Part shown: positions 34,916 through 47,541 of the stretch, one piece after another
Layout: each line of letters starts with the position of its first letter
Numbering within the stretch: the stretch's first letter is position 1
NCBI GenBank assembly: GCA_032718475.1
Contig: JAUCBJ010007366.1
Location: 47,340-111,339, forward strand
Reading direction: 5' to 3'
DNA length: 64,000 nucleotides
Origin: Nemertoderma westbladi
Taxonomy: Eukaryota > Animalia > Xenacoelomorpha
Made by a program: the position numbers and the translations under genes
The notes under the pieces: generated by a model
The model's input: only the letters and a program-made list of their open reading frames with translations
Databases searched by the model: none
What the model was told of the DNA's origin: nothing

Positions 34916-36160
34916 CAAGGACTACTATACTACTATATGTAGTATAGGGGTAAATCTTTTCGACCTACGCGTAGGCCTACGCGTAGCTACGCGTAGCTAC
35001 GCGTAGCTACGCGTAGTTCGCAACATTGGGTCATATATCACCAGTTTCAGAGTTTTAACAATAACTACGCGTAGGTGCTACGCGTAGCTACGCGTAGGTG
35101 CTACGCGTAGCTACGCGTAGGTCCTACGCGACCTACGCATAGGTGCTACCCATAACTATGCCTATACGTCAGTACGTCGTTTATCATTAGTAGGCTTACG
35201 TATTCCAAGCGAGTCAGTACTAAAATAAGACACAATACGGTATGTTCAATAAACAACCCACAACCATCAAATGCTTTCAACAGTAATGTATCCTATACCT
35301 GTATACTCTATATAGAGGAATACGCGAAAACTACATATTCTTCACTTCATGCGTTGCGGGCGGTAAAATGTGTTAATAATTAATGTTTAGAGTTCAAAAA
35401 TAGTTTACAAAGGAAATAGGCCGATGGTTCTTATCGATTCTCTATGCTTTTTATTGCCTTTGTTCACGATAGGGCAAGGATATACTGTATTTAATATGTT
35501 AACCCCTTGACAAGGGAAGGGGGAGACTAAATTGTCTACCATGATTGGTTGCACTTGTCATTTGACCAAACAATTTGATTATATGCAGTATTTATCAGCT
35601 TTCGCTTAACCTCTTCACCGGTAGACTGGTCGCTTTATTTACTACTGTTCAATATTTAAATAATCCAATGGAAACAAAGATACTTGAATCATGAGACGTG
35701 AATTTCAAGTTTACTTTTTATTCATCCTCTGTGTTTGTATGTGAAAGAGCCGAATATTATTTATTACCAGTGCTGTATGTAGAGATATGAGTTTCCGATT
35801 CTGTTATTACATTTGTCTGATAATCAGATACCTGACATATACCGATACTTGCCTAACAACTCAACCCTACCGGACCTGAAATGAAAAATCATTGTTATCA
35901 GGACTGCTACGCGTAGCACCTACGCGTAGCTACGCGTAGCACCTACGCGTAGTTTCAAAATACCTACGCGTAGTTCCAAAATAACTACGCGTAGTTTTAA
36001 AACACCTACGCGTAGTTGTTAAAAAGGCAGTAAGTCTGGCCCTACCGGTAAATGACAGGAATGGAAGTTACAAACTACGCGTAGCTACGCGTAGCTACGC
36101 GTAGCTACGCGTAGGCCTACGCGTAGGTCGAAAAGATTTACCCTAGTATAGTAGTCCTTG
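34916..36160. mobile_element. Tiny P-like palindromic element (8-bp TSD GCCTGTAC) hosting a nested MITE
   Basis: CAAGGACTACTATAC...GTATAGTAGTCCTTG; TSD at 34908-34915 and 36161-36168. Confidence 0.75.
34948..36143. mobile_element. MITE with long TIRs made of CTACGCGTAG palindromic repeats; 8-bp TSD TAGTATAG
   Basis: TIR GGGTAAATCTTTTCGACCTACGCGTAGGCC; TSD at 34940-34947 and 36144-36151. Confidence 0.88.
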
Positions 36161-37779
36161 GCCTGTACCTGTTACTAGTCCAGCAGTCTGCCTGTCAGCC
36201 TGTTCCAATACTGCAGTAGGCCTAGTGCTGTAGAGACATGTACAGACTGGCAGACTGTACATTGTACAGACATTTACCGGCAATTACCGGGCACAGTGTA
36301 GAGTATATTACCAATGTACTGATATAGGCCTACTCAGCTACCGGTACTGTACTGCTGTAGAACTAACCAACTCTCCATGGTTACAGGATAGTGAGAAGTA
36401 ATTTATTTTGGAGGATATGGAAAACCGCCATTTAATTTAAATATGTAATTGACATCTTACAGTTGTATGATTAAATCCGGTACTTTCCCAAGTGTGTTAT
36501 TTTTTGGTGTAGATTTTAATTACAGTTGTGTTCGCCTATGTTCCGCCTGTATTCTATTGTGTTCTTCTGTGTTCTACTGTGTTCTGCTGTGTTCTGTAAA
36601 AAAGATATATCCATTTTGGGAAAATTTGTATTTATTTTGGGAAAATTTGTATTTATTTTGGGAAAATTTGTATTTATTATGGGAAAATTTGTATTTATTT
36701 TGGGGGTTTTGTCATTTATTTTGGTGTAAATAATTGGTTTTGGGGAGCATTTATTTATTTTGGTGTTGAATAATTGTTTTTGGTGTTGAACAATTTTTAT
36801 TTTGGTGTTTGAATAATTATATTTTGGGTGACATTATTTTATTTAGTTATGAATAATTTTTTTTGGGGTCACATTATTTAAATTGGTTTAATATATTTTT
36901 TTTTGTGAAATTATCATCGATTTTGGTATGACTTTAATTGGTAGCAATTGTAATATTATAGTTAATTATATAATAATATTATTATAATTAGCACTCCTTC
37001 CAAATTGAGGAGGGTAATTTTATGCCCGAATATGGGCATTGCTTCATCTTCACCTAAATGAAAATGTGAAATAACGAAGGAAGGTCTGCCCCATGTCAGC
37101 AAACGAGTCAATGTGCGCCACTATCTGGGTATTTTTGTAAACTGCATGATCCGGACTCTACCTGTATGGTATTGCGAATCGGAAAACGCTTCTTACATTA
37201 TGGACGACCTCTCCGACCCCTGAAAAATTAGATTAAAGATATGCTTAACATTTTTTCTTGGAAATCATCATTAAAACTAACTACAGTCATACAGTATATG
37301 TATAATTCCAATGCAGAGAATGCATTCAAACAAAACACCTTTTTACCAAAAACGAAAGGGGATGGGGAGATCACCAAAAGGTGACATCCCCTTTAATTTA
37401 CTAATTTAATTAAATATACTTTTATAATACCTTCAGCAAATAAATATATTGTATAATTTCAATGCATATATAGTAGGCCTATACAAGTAAAACTCTTTTA
37501 TACCGGTACTTAAATTGTTCCCTTTTCACTCGAATATACCCCAAAGTCACGAGAAAAAGGAGTAGGCTAGGCCTACAAGTTGGGAAAATAATAAAACATT
37601 CTTTCACATTTTCTCAATATTCTCTCGACCCATTATTATACTACATTATGACGCTCGGTAAATAAAATACCTCGAAAATAGTGAAATATGCTATATTTTT
37701 TTCCCCAAGTAATACAGTATAAAATTATCATTACTTTGTTGACTATCGTTTCGTTGACTATGTTCTACGCATGTCCTTA

Positions 37780-38615
37780 GATCATCATAATGATGATGGG
37801 GTGATGATAACTCCACCTAATGGCTCCAGAAGTCGAGGAAATCCTGCCAAGTACCTAACTGATCTAGACTTTGCGGATATGCTGCATCTAGTGTTGGTCT
37901 TTTTATTAACTCCAGGAAGACCAAAATTTTGACAGTTATTAACTTCGAAAGTCCTCAGCAAGTCTCTGATCGGATGAGCATAAGCTCAAAGGATGGTATG
38001 CTTGAGCATGTGGACGACTTCTGTTACCTGGGATCAAGGATCCGGAAGTCAGGTGAGGACCTTCGAATACGTAAGGGAAAGGCATGAGCAGCCTTGAATA
38101 GGCTTTCCAGGATTTGGAAGTCACCGATAATTAATCGGAAACTTAAGGTCCGATTATTTAGAGCAGCAGTAGTTCCAGTACTCCTATATGGGAGTCCATG
38201 CTGGGCTCTATCTGCTGAGGACACCAAATCTTTGGATGGCACATTCACAAGAATGCTACGCCGGGTTCATTGTGTCAAGTACAATGCACACATCTCCAAC
38301 GAGACACTATATAACATTGGAGGTGTCTCATTGGTTCCCCCAAGCTTGACACTAGAACAAAATCGCCTCCGCTTTGCAGGACATTGCTTTCGCCGTGAGG
38401 ACCAGCCAGTGCATAATCTTGTACTTTGGCAGCCTCATGGAGTGAATAACCATGACTTTCTTGAGACGCATCTTAAAGGACACTGGCCTTGAAGATGCAA
38501 ATGATCTAGAAAATGTCATGGGTGATAGGGAGTTGTGGCGGCGCAATTTTGTCGACAAGCCGGCACAGCATTCTTAAAAGTGCAGCTGCAATGCAGCATG
38601 CCGATGCTAGTAGTA
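37780..38615 (+). pseudogene. Degraded RTE-like non-LTR element, 3' part
   Basis: LTDLDFAD, LSRIWKS..NRKLKVRLFRAAVVPVLLYGS..W...RLRFAGHC.R; frameshifts; TAG tail. A second copy lies on the minus strand in pieces at ~47880-47960, 48365-48518 and 48725-48810. Confidence 0.85.
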
Positions 38616-39162
38616 ATATAATTATTAATCGTTCAGGTGGAGGTGCCTCCAAATACATTAGTGACCCCTCCCCTATTTCAGATGTAATAGGAACAGGTTT
38701 AATGAAAATTACATTTATGCTTTAATAATGCATTCAGTATCTCAACATCAACTTTAAACAAAATTACATTTTATTTGTATATAAACAGATTTACAAAATA
38801 AGAAAACATTACGAACAATAAAATAAAATACTCTGAGGTTGAAATTAAAAAAAAAACTGTATAAAACCAATAACTCCAAATTAAATTGTGTCTAATAAAA
38901 TATGTAAAAACTTTCAAAATATAGAATTAATTAATTCCTGAATTAATTAAGAGTAAGACGTACACTGAATTAATAAAGTACGTATTTATTATACTGTAGT
39001 ATTTATTTCATATACAGTATATTTTCAATTATATTGTGATAGCCGAAATTATTATTTATCAGAAATCCCGTTTACAGTTGTAGGGAGTGCAATACAAGGA
39101 GATTTTTTTTTATTGAAGCACATTCCAACATTCCTGTAGCCAGTGCTAAACGGTTTTCGGAC

Positions 39163-40920
39163 TTATTCACTCTCTGAGTCTAACACCATTTCAGCAAATG
39201 AATATCCTTTAGAATGTCCGACAGCAGACACCCGTTTAGGATATCCGACGGCAGACACCCGGTTAGAATGTCCGACAGCAGACACCCGTTTAGGATATCC
39301 GACGGCAGACACCCGGTTAGAATGTCCGACAGCAGGCACTTGTTTATATCGTCCGACATGTCCACAAAATCTCGCATCACTCGATTCCAATGCAGACACC
39401 CAATTGTCTAAATTCCTGCCAGAAACCTCAGATTGCCACGTTGAACTCGGTGTTACATTGCGGTCAATGAATTGACAATCGCGTAGCAACTGGGTACCAA
39501 TGGAAACGCCTCTTGTAGGAAGAATAACACGACGGTTAACACCATCCCGACTCATTTCACGCGTCTCTTTCCAAATAAACGCGTTATCACCACTTCCCTT
39601 TAGTTGCTTTCTAGAATCCCCACATACGTTTCTAATCTTCATATTCTCTGTCTTCAGTAAATGTTCTTGAAGGAAATCTCTACTCATTCTCCCATGGATA
39701 TTAACATCTGCCTCCGCCTCATTATCTCTGGCATAAACTCTGTGACTCGAATAATCACCCAATTCGAGGATATTATTTTCCTGAAAGTGCTCTCCTTCAT
39801 TAGCATAAACAATCTCTTTAAGGAGGTTGTTACCTTCCCTATCATATTCTTGCTCATCAACAATGTTTTCATTGATATCATCTACTTGATCAACATTGCT
39901 TATCTCAGTTACATTCCTGTCATCATCACTTCGAAGCCAATATTCCCCACTCCTACTGACATTTATTTCAGTATTAATTCCCGAACTGATGGGAGTCGAT
40001 GTATTAAACGGCTGGACTACCACTAGTGGTATACGTTCTGAGCTGGACGAATTTCCAAACATTGGATGCTCCGCTTGCTCCGATTGTTCACGACTCGAAT
40101 TAGCTTCTTGAAATAAAGACGGTAGAGTAATAGGTGTCTTTGTTGGTGCATAAAAAGTTCCAGTGAAATCGCACGTGCTAGTACTGGGAACAACTGATCT
40201 TCCGATCACATCTGATAATTTGAGATGGCAGGAACTTGTATTCGATAACGATTTCTCACAATTTGAACAAGCAAAAGGCAATGATGTTTGGACTCCAACA
40301 TCATTGGTCTTGCAACATATACTGCTATCGCCAATGTTCTCGATGATACAGTCGACTTTGTCAACAATAGATTCCTCACATTCCTGCAAAGCCACAAGCA
40401 TTGATTCTTGAACTTCCACGATTACATTATTCCGAAATTGTTTAACCTGTTCGGTTAGATCATGTAACATATGCTGGATGTATCTGTTATTGTCAACCTT
40501 CCCCTTCTCCAGTGCATCCATGAAACTTGATATCTCTCCCATCAGATAATCCTCGGTCACACACTTTTCTGAATTACCAATAATGGCATCCATAGTAGTG
40601 GTGATTCCATTCAGCCTTTCATCTAGATTCCGTTTAACTTTCACCCAATCGAGTTCCTTATTGTTTCTTTCGACACACAACTCCTTCATATTCTGCACTA
40701 GGGCTTCCACATCCACCATCGACTTGCTACCAACATCGCCCAACTTAGCGACATAATTATCCAAAGTACATAGGTTGTTGATGACATCTATATAGTCATC
40801 ATTGGAACTTAGGAGCATTTTTTGTAACTCAAAAACGCGAATTTTAGCATCATTGGTGGACGTTAATATGGAATTTGCATTGTTGTTAATGAGTTGTTCT
40901 ATGACATCTTTTAACTCTCC
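39163..40920 (-). CDS. Large probable terminal exon of an unknown protein (N-terminal heptad-like region, disordered middle, 14-aa tandem repeat near the C-terminus)
   Basis: 551-aa ORF that appears to remain open toward an acceptor-like AG near 40920; no family recognised. Confidence 0.5.
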   Translation of the reverse strand, partial: GELKDVIEQLINNNANSILTSTNDAKIRVFELQKMLLSSNDDYIDVINNLCTLDNYVAKLGDVGSKSMVDVEALVQNMKELCVERNNKELDWVKVKRNLDERLNGITTTMDAIIGNSEKCVTEDYLMGEISSFMDALEKGKVDNNRYIQHMLHDLTEQVKQFRNNVIVEVQESMLVALQECEESIVDKVDCIIENIGDSSICCKTNDVGVQTSLPFACSNCEKSLSNTSSCHLKLSDVIGRSVVPSTSTCDFTGTFYAPTKTPITLPSLFQEANSSREQSEQAEHPMFGNSSSSERIPLVVVQPFNTSTPISSGINTEINVSRSGEYWLRSDDDRNVTEISNVDQVDDINENIVDEQEYDREGNNLLKEIVYANEGEHFQENNILELGDYSSHRVYARDNEAEADVNIHGRMSRDFLQEHLLKTENMKIRNVCGDSRKQLKGSGDNAFIWKETREMSRDGVNRRVILPTRGVSIGTQLLRDCQFIDRNVTPSSTWQSEVSGRNLDNWVSALESSDARFCGHVGRYKQVPAVGHSNRVSAVGYPKRVSAVGHSNRVSAVGYPKRVSAVGHSKGYSFAEMVLDSESE

Positions 40921-41339
40921 TTTAGTTAAGAAACAAAATATTAGTATTTAATTATGTTATATAAGGGCACCTTTTAAGGGCAGTAAGGGCGCACTTGTTT
41001 GCGATAAAAATTGAAAAAAAATTAAAATATTTTTTACTGATTCTGGATTACAATTCAATGGCGATTTTAAAACAGAAAACGGCATAACGAGTTCTTAGTT
41101 CTCTATAGCTGTTTGTCTGCCTATCATCAGTACAGCATACGCATTGTACTGTACTGTAGGCCTACATTTTTCTCTATAGGACATTTCTTGTTTTGTGATC
41201 AGATCACATTTCTAATGTCAGTTTTAATAGATTCTAGAATGTCTGTCTTTCTGCCTGCCTGCATGTCTATATTATTAAATATTTATTTTAAAACATTGAT
41301 TATTAAATATATTATGGATCATCAGAGTTTGACAGTGTT

Positions 41340-42620
41340 TGACAGGGCATCCTGACACCTCATCTGGGGAAACTCACGATGCTCGGGGTACACCAATCGG
41401 GGACTGCGCCACCACCTGTCTCCGTGACAAAGTCGCTGACCGCGCAGCCCTTGCTGCTCGCCTTCCCCTCCACGACGCCCATTTACCCCGGTTGACGTAC
41501 TTCTTCCTCTGGACAGTGCAGTGTTTCCAGCACGGTGACCTCATGGAGGAGTATGATTCGACCCTTCGGAGGCACACCAGAAGAACCTCGCGAATGTCCG
41601 CATTAATGATACCGCTTGGGCTCAGTCCTGTCTCCCGGCCCGGATGGGCGGCCTCGGGTTGAGTTCCGCAGTATGCTGCTCGCACCATCCTCATTCCTTG
41701 CTTCAGCCAGTCAGCGGCAGCCTGCGCTACTCTTACGGGACGCCTCTTCCCGGCCTGCTGTCCCTCCTATATTTCCTCTGACACCCTAACATCCTGCCGT
41801 TCCGCATTCCCTGCCAACACCCCTGTTCCTTCCCTGGTGACCCAGAAAGCGTGGATGGAGCCAGTCCACACCGCATCCCTGGTGGCTCTACAGGATGGTG
41901 CATCAATTTTGGACATTGCCCGCCTCACTTCCATCGAGGATCCGGTATCCGGTTGCTGGCTAGATACCATCCCAGTCAGCTCGCTGGGCCTTAAGTTAAC
42001 TGACGCCCAGTTCCGAATATCCATCACCACCCGCCTTGGCTGTAAGGTCAGTGAGCCCCACAGCTGCAGACGGGCTTCATGGCCTGTCTTGCATGAGATG
42101 CGGCGACCACCATCCACGTCACTCGATGGTCAATGACATCGGCACTCGAACCACCAGAGATGTGCTAGGGAGACGTGAAGCGCATTGACGGAGTAACGCT
42201 CGTCCCGTGGACCCATGGACGCACACTGTTCTGGGATGCAACCATCGTGGACCCGCTCGCGCCCAGCCACCTCGCCCAGACTGCGTTGGCTGGATGGCGT
42301 GTCGTTGCGGAGGCAGAATCCCTAGAGACTCGGAAGTGCCAGGAACTGATTGACCGAGGGTACTCCTTCTACCCTGTTGCATTCGAGACCCGCGGTCGCC
42401 CTGGCCCTGAGACGACAGCATTCATTAAGGAGATTGGAACTCGTCTCCACTCAGGAGCCACGATCCCAACAGTTCCTCCTACAACGCCTCCTAATAGCCA
42501 TTCTCATCGGCAACACGGCCTCCATCCTTGGGACCATGGACCCTGCCCTGTCTGAAGGTCTCTACGAGGTTCTCTCTCTAACTCCCTCAACAGATCGATA
42601 GAGCCTTTTTTATTTTATTT
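41340..42620 (+). pseudogene. Degenerate CRE-like non-LTR retrotransposon 3' part (restriction-like endonuclease)
   Basis: SGCWLDTIPVSSLGLKL..AQFRISITTRLG; [25 protein letters not shown]...[10 protein letters not shown]; several frameshifts; T-rich tail. Confidence 0.8.
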
Positions 42621-43138
42621 TATTTATTTTTAGTTACTCTTTTAACTTTTAAGACCTTTCACGAACTCAAGTGTTTTTATCGTCTTTTTATTTCATTTCA
42701 CTGCCTTTTTTTTACATCGTGTCCGACCTTTTAAACTCTTTTTTTATTATCTCATACCCGGAATTTGCGTTCTTTTTTTTAGACATTCAACGATTCCCTA
42801 GTTCCAGTACAGTAGGTTGATAACCAAACCGTTGGGGTGCTGATATTTATTAATTTAGTACAAACAAATACTAATATTGTATTAACTGATTGTTTCATGT
42901 TGAACGCATTTTAATATTTAATTAATACAACTGTAATACTGTTATAAATATGTTATTATTAAATATTTACGAATCATTAAATAATGTGCCAGTAAATAAA
43001 AAATATTGCATTTAGAAATTTTGAGCTTTTCCTTCAAAAATGCGGATGTTCGTTCATCTAAAACAAGTTTATTACGATATTCCCTCACCTCAACAGGTTG
43101 AAATCATCGCGATATTCCTACACTACATACACCAACCT

Positions 43139-43363
43139 AATCGATTGGATATCATGGCGATATTCCCATCAGTAATTTCTTTATCTTCCCTCTCTCGGAT
43201 TTGTTGTAACTGCGAACCAATCATTGGATCGGCAGAGAAAGAATCCATCGATTGGCTAATACCAGGTGTTTGGGCTCTGAAATACGACTGTCTACCATCG
43301 CTATTGGCTACGGATAATCCTTCGCTCCCACCTACTGATCCACCACTCGCCTGAAGCTGGGTC
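43139..43363 (-). CDS. Candidate internal exon of the unknown minus-strand gene
   Basis: TTTTTTTACAG acceptor; open frame TQLQASGGSVGGSEG...ISNRL; possible AG|GTTGGT donor, 3' boundary uncertain. Confidence 0.3.
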
Positions 43364-44344
43364 TGTAAAAAAATGACTTATATAAACGGGCATTAGGCGA
43401 GCAAACAAACAGTAGGTCTCTACATTAGAACAGATACTGATGGGTGTACTACTACTGTACTGTATATCAATAAGTAGGCTCAGGTGACACGATATCTTTG
43501 CAGGTGTGTGTGTAATTTTACAAAGTAGAATATTATGTAGAAATATTGAATTTTACCGAGAAAATTTCTACCGTAGAAATTTAGGTCAGGCTTGATTGAT
43601 ACTGTATTACCATACTGTATTTTTTTAAAATTTGAAAGAATATTAATTTAATTAATATTCTTTCAAATGTAGTGAAAGCGATATTTCAATGTGCTAATTG
43701 AAAATTTTGAAACGAAAAATGCCATAACTTTTTTGAAATAAAATTTCAAAATTCTGTCAACACAATTTTTGCAATTTGTACGAAAATCGGTTGATTATTT
43801 AAAAAGTGGATAGAGAAAGTGTCCAAAAAAGCTAACACGAGAAAAATGACATAAATTTCCTCCTGATTACAACATGCACCAAAAGTGAAAAATTTTTAAA
43901 TTTTTTAAAAAATGATCTTCTTTTGTGGTTTTGATACCTAGGCTAATTTTCGGCGCTGATTCTGAAAATGGCAAAATATTTCGAAATTTTTGTGTGTTTG
44001 ATAGTCTTTTCGGTGTCAAATGTGGTGCTGCACCAAAATTACACATTTTCAAATTTTGGGTGAACATTACAAAAGTTGCCAGAACTCGAGAGCAAAAAAG
44101 TTGCCAGAACTCGAGAACAAAACAATTTGTTGAAAAACTGATTTCAGATTCGGAATCACCATAAAAATGAACATCGGAAAACACTATTATGAAACCCAGA
44201 AAGCTGGCTGTGAATTTGCCTTTGGATGAAATTCACAATAGTATATTAAACAGTACGTATAGAAATAAAGGATAATTCTAAATTAGGAAAAACACTAGGA
44301 AAACATATGAAAAACACTGTAAAAACACTCGCAAAACAGTGAAA

Positions 44345-45415
44345 TATTGATCAGTAGGAAATTTAACACATGAACTACTCTAAATTGGTAATCCTACATG
44401 TACTCCTCGCACAGCACACCTTAAGTAATCTCCGTAAACATAGGGAAAACACTATAAACCCCTCGGAAAACAGTGAAAAATGATCAGCTTTGAATTTTTC
44501 CTATATGCTGGTAATACTAAGCAGAAAGCATTGTTGCCAGGCAACCAAGGAACAGTAACCAATCACCACGCAGTTCAGCGCAGTTCAGCACTATTCCTGT
44601 TTTACCGGTCAGCCTGTAGAGGTACAGTACCAGTATTGCTGCAATACTATTGTTAGTGTTTTGAAACCTGTCATCTGCGAAATTGTTGAACAGTTGAAGT
44701 GCAGAAGATGCGGTATTTAGTATTAAGAATACCATTAATACCAGAAAACTGTAGTACTACAGTACTAGGATCGGCATGCTGCAATGCAGCTGCATTTTTA
44801 AGAATGCTGTACCGGTTTGAGTACTGACTAGAACATCATGTGTGACGGGTTCTAGATCTTGCATCTGCACTGCCAGCATCACACCAGTATTCCATATACG
44901 CCGTAGATCTTGCATCTGCACTGCCAGCATCACACCAGTATTCCATACGCCGGTACGCGGTATCTATGTAGGACCTAACCGGCCCTCTTGCTGTCTTAAT
45001 ATTAAATACCGCAACTTCTGCACTTTAACTGTTCAACATTTAGCAAATGACAGGATCCAACACTAACAATACTTGGATACTGGTATACTCTAATACCAGA
45101 ATACAGCAATACCATTATTGTGCCTCTATCGGCGTACTGGTAAAACAAGGATAGTGTTGAACTGCATGCTGATTGGTTACTGTTCCTTGGTTGCCTGGCA
45201 ACAATGATTTCTGTGTAGTATTAGACTCTTTCAAATTATTTTTCAGCAACATAGTTAAAATTTAATGCTGAACATTTTTTCACTGTTTCAGGAGGGTTTA
45301 TAGTGTTTTCCATGTTTTACGGTGATCACATAAAGGCGGGCTGTGCAAGGAGTAGGCCTACATTTATAAGATTACCAATTCAGAGTAGTAGTTTCCAACC
45401 TATTTTACATTACAT
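44345..45415. repeat. Diverged long inverted repeat (foldback-like)
   Basis: CATTGTTGCCAGGCAACCAAGGAACAGTAACCAATCA (~44529) is the reverse complement of ~45169-45206; the GGAAAACACTATAAACCC block likewise. Confidence 0.75.
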
Positions 45416-47219
45416 ATTTGCATCTTCCTCAACTTCTATTAAAAATACAAAATATCTGGGATTTTCAAAAATGGAATTGCCTTCCCAAATGTTCAAAAAT
45501 TTCCCTAATTTTCCCGACCGTATTTTTACTGACTTTCCCAACCCGACCGTGATATTTCGACTTGAAACAAAACATATGTAGGGGGGTGGGGATGGGGGAG
45601 GAATGGAGTTGGCTGTCATAGACCATATGAATTGGCCCCTAAGAGGCGGGTCAGTGGTCGCCGTAGTTTTGACCCTGCTGGTCATCAATGCAGCCAAATA
45701 TAATATTAGTGGTTTCAGTTGGATTGATTGAGTAGAATACGTAGGTTGTTAGAGTTCAAAGTATCGCAAAGTGCCTAAAGGAGGAAAAGCACAATGGTGA
45801 TTCAGATTCCCTACTTAAACTGCAGTAACTTGTAAGAACAGTGGCTATTGGGAGTAATGTAATGCACTTTTAGACACTATGAGAAAATATCAAATGACAG
45901 ATGATCTATGAGCCACCCACGACTGTAGTGTACGTATGTTCAGTAGCCTATAGCAAGATTTAGATTTACAGTATGAATATTCATTGGCGTATAACCCACA
46001 AACCTCGCTGTATGAGGGTGCGGTACAGCTTAAAGGCTCCACTCTCAGTCTGTTGTTATTCCCCAACCTACTATAACTTTGCAGTAGATTTCTATTAAAT
46101 GAGTTTTTTCCATCGCTTTGGCCTCTGGTACCCATTATATCTTGACTCTCAGACTCTCATTAACAAAAAAGAAAACAATGCAATTCCAATGAAATAATGG
46201 TGACCTGCTACGTCAAGGACAGGCCTAGGCTTCTGGAAATAAGAAAAAACTGATTAGATAGGCCTAAACCTACGGTAACGGCTATAGGCCTACATTTCTT
46301 TGATAGGTGCAGTTGCCATTGTTTACAGTAGGCCTACCTAGACATATTGTAGAAACATAATGCCAATAACAGTAAACACATAATAAAATAATACATAATA
46401 CTACTACTGTATTATCACTGTACCCGTACAGGTATCCTAATCGTTCTGCAGTTGAAGAAAAGGGTGGTACGCTTGGTAGGCAATGAGCTACAGTATATCC
46501 ACGGTACCTATCTTTTTCCGCTTGCTTCAAAGCAAACTGAAACAAATTCAAGTGACATAATCTGAACTGGTAGCAAACAAGTATCCCACTGATTGATCGG
46601 CAAAATAGCCACCAATAAATCTATAATTATAGTGCTTCAATTAGCTGCTTTTAATGACAATTATGCCATTAGACTAAGTACGCCTCTATCTGATGTTTCT
46701 ATCTGATACTGGCAGACTGATTGCTACCTACAGTATTAATTAAAGAACGACAAAAATGCTTGAATGGAGGGGGCAGCTGGGATTGGCCAGTAGGACTATC
46801 CTTCTTGCCTTGTCTAGAGAGCTGCTTTACAAGGTGGCAAGCCATATACAGTAAGTACGATAGATAGCCATACTAATACTGTACTTAAGTCTCTGACAGT
46901 ACTGTTAGTAGGCCTACAGTAGAAGAAATGAAATTGTTTCATTTTCTATCATTGCCAGCACAGTTGACTGGCTACATTGCACTAATGCACATAGTATGTA
47001 CAGTAGGTCGAGGCCTAGTTTTTAATAATTAAAGTATGTATTTAATGTTGGCCAAACATTAATCAACTTCCCTTTTGTATTTTTAAAAATATGCAACAGT
47101 TAATAATTATTAGTTAAATAAATTGGAGGTGAGCTGTTGCAACTGTAATTATTGATGTAATGTAATGGTTTTGTTCAGAAGTGGAAAAAATGAGAAAGCG
47201 CGTCACCGGGGGTTGAACC

Positions 47220-47265
47220 AGCGCTATACGTACGTTTCAGCCTATCAGGCCTCATCAGTAGCGCT
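47220..47265 (-). ncRNA. Type I hammerhead ribozyme (left arm)
   Basis: AGCGCTA CTGATGA GGCCT-GAT-AGGCT GAAA CGTACG TA TAGCGCT. Confidence 0.88.
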
Positions 47266-47495
47266 AACCAGTTCAGCCACTTGTCCCTGGCATTCACTAT
47301 CCCTCTAATCCACTTCTATTGAACAGGCAGTCTTAAGTTGCATATCCTATGCAACTTAAGACTGCCTGTTCAATAGAAGTGGATTAGGTGGGATATAGTG
47401 AATGTCAGGGATATCTATGCAACTTAAGACTGCCTGGTCAATAGAAGTGGATTAGGTGGGAGAGTGAATGTCAGGGGCAAGTGGCTGAACTGGTT

Positions 47496-47541
47496 AGCGC
47501 TACTGATGAGGCCTGTTAGGCCGAAACGTACGTATAGCGCT
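47496..47541 (+). ncRNA. Type I hammerhead ribozyme (right arm), between Pol III box A and box B
   Basis: AGCGCTA CTGATGA GGCCT-GTT-AGGCC GAAA CGTACG TA TAGCGCT; box A TGGCTGAACTGG (47482-47493), box B GGTTCAACCCC (47542-47552), T6 at 47571-47576. Confidence 0.92.

Larger units (their letters stand above)
34680..36604. repeat. ~195-bp inverted repeat pair (34680-34873 / 36398-36604) flanked by ~21-bp AT-rich tandem arrays
   Basis: ...GGCGGTTTTCCATATCCTCCAAAATAAATTAC versus GTAATTTATTTTGGAGGATATGGAAAACCGCC... Confidence 0.85.

Noticed and set aside
34395-36733. Short ORFs with repeated peptides (34395-34724, 36449-36733)
   Set aside because: Translations of ~21-bp AT-rich tandem arrays
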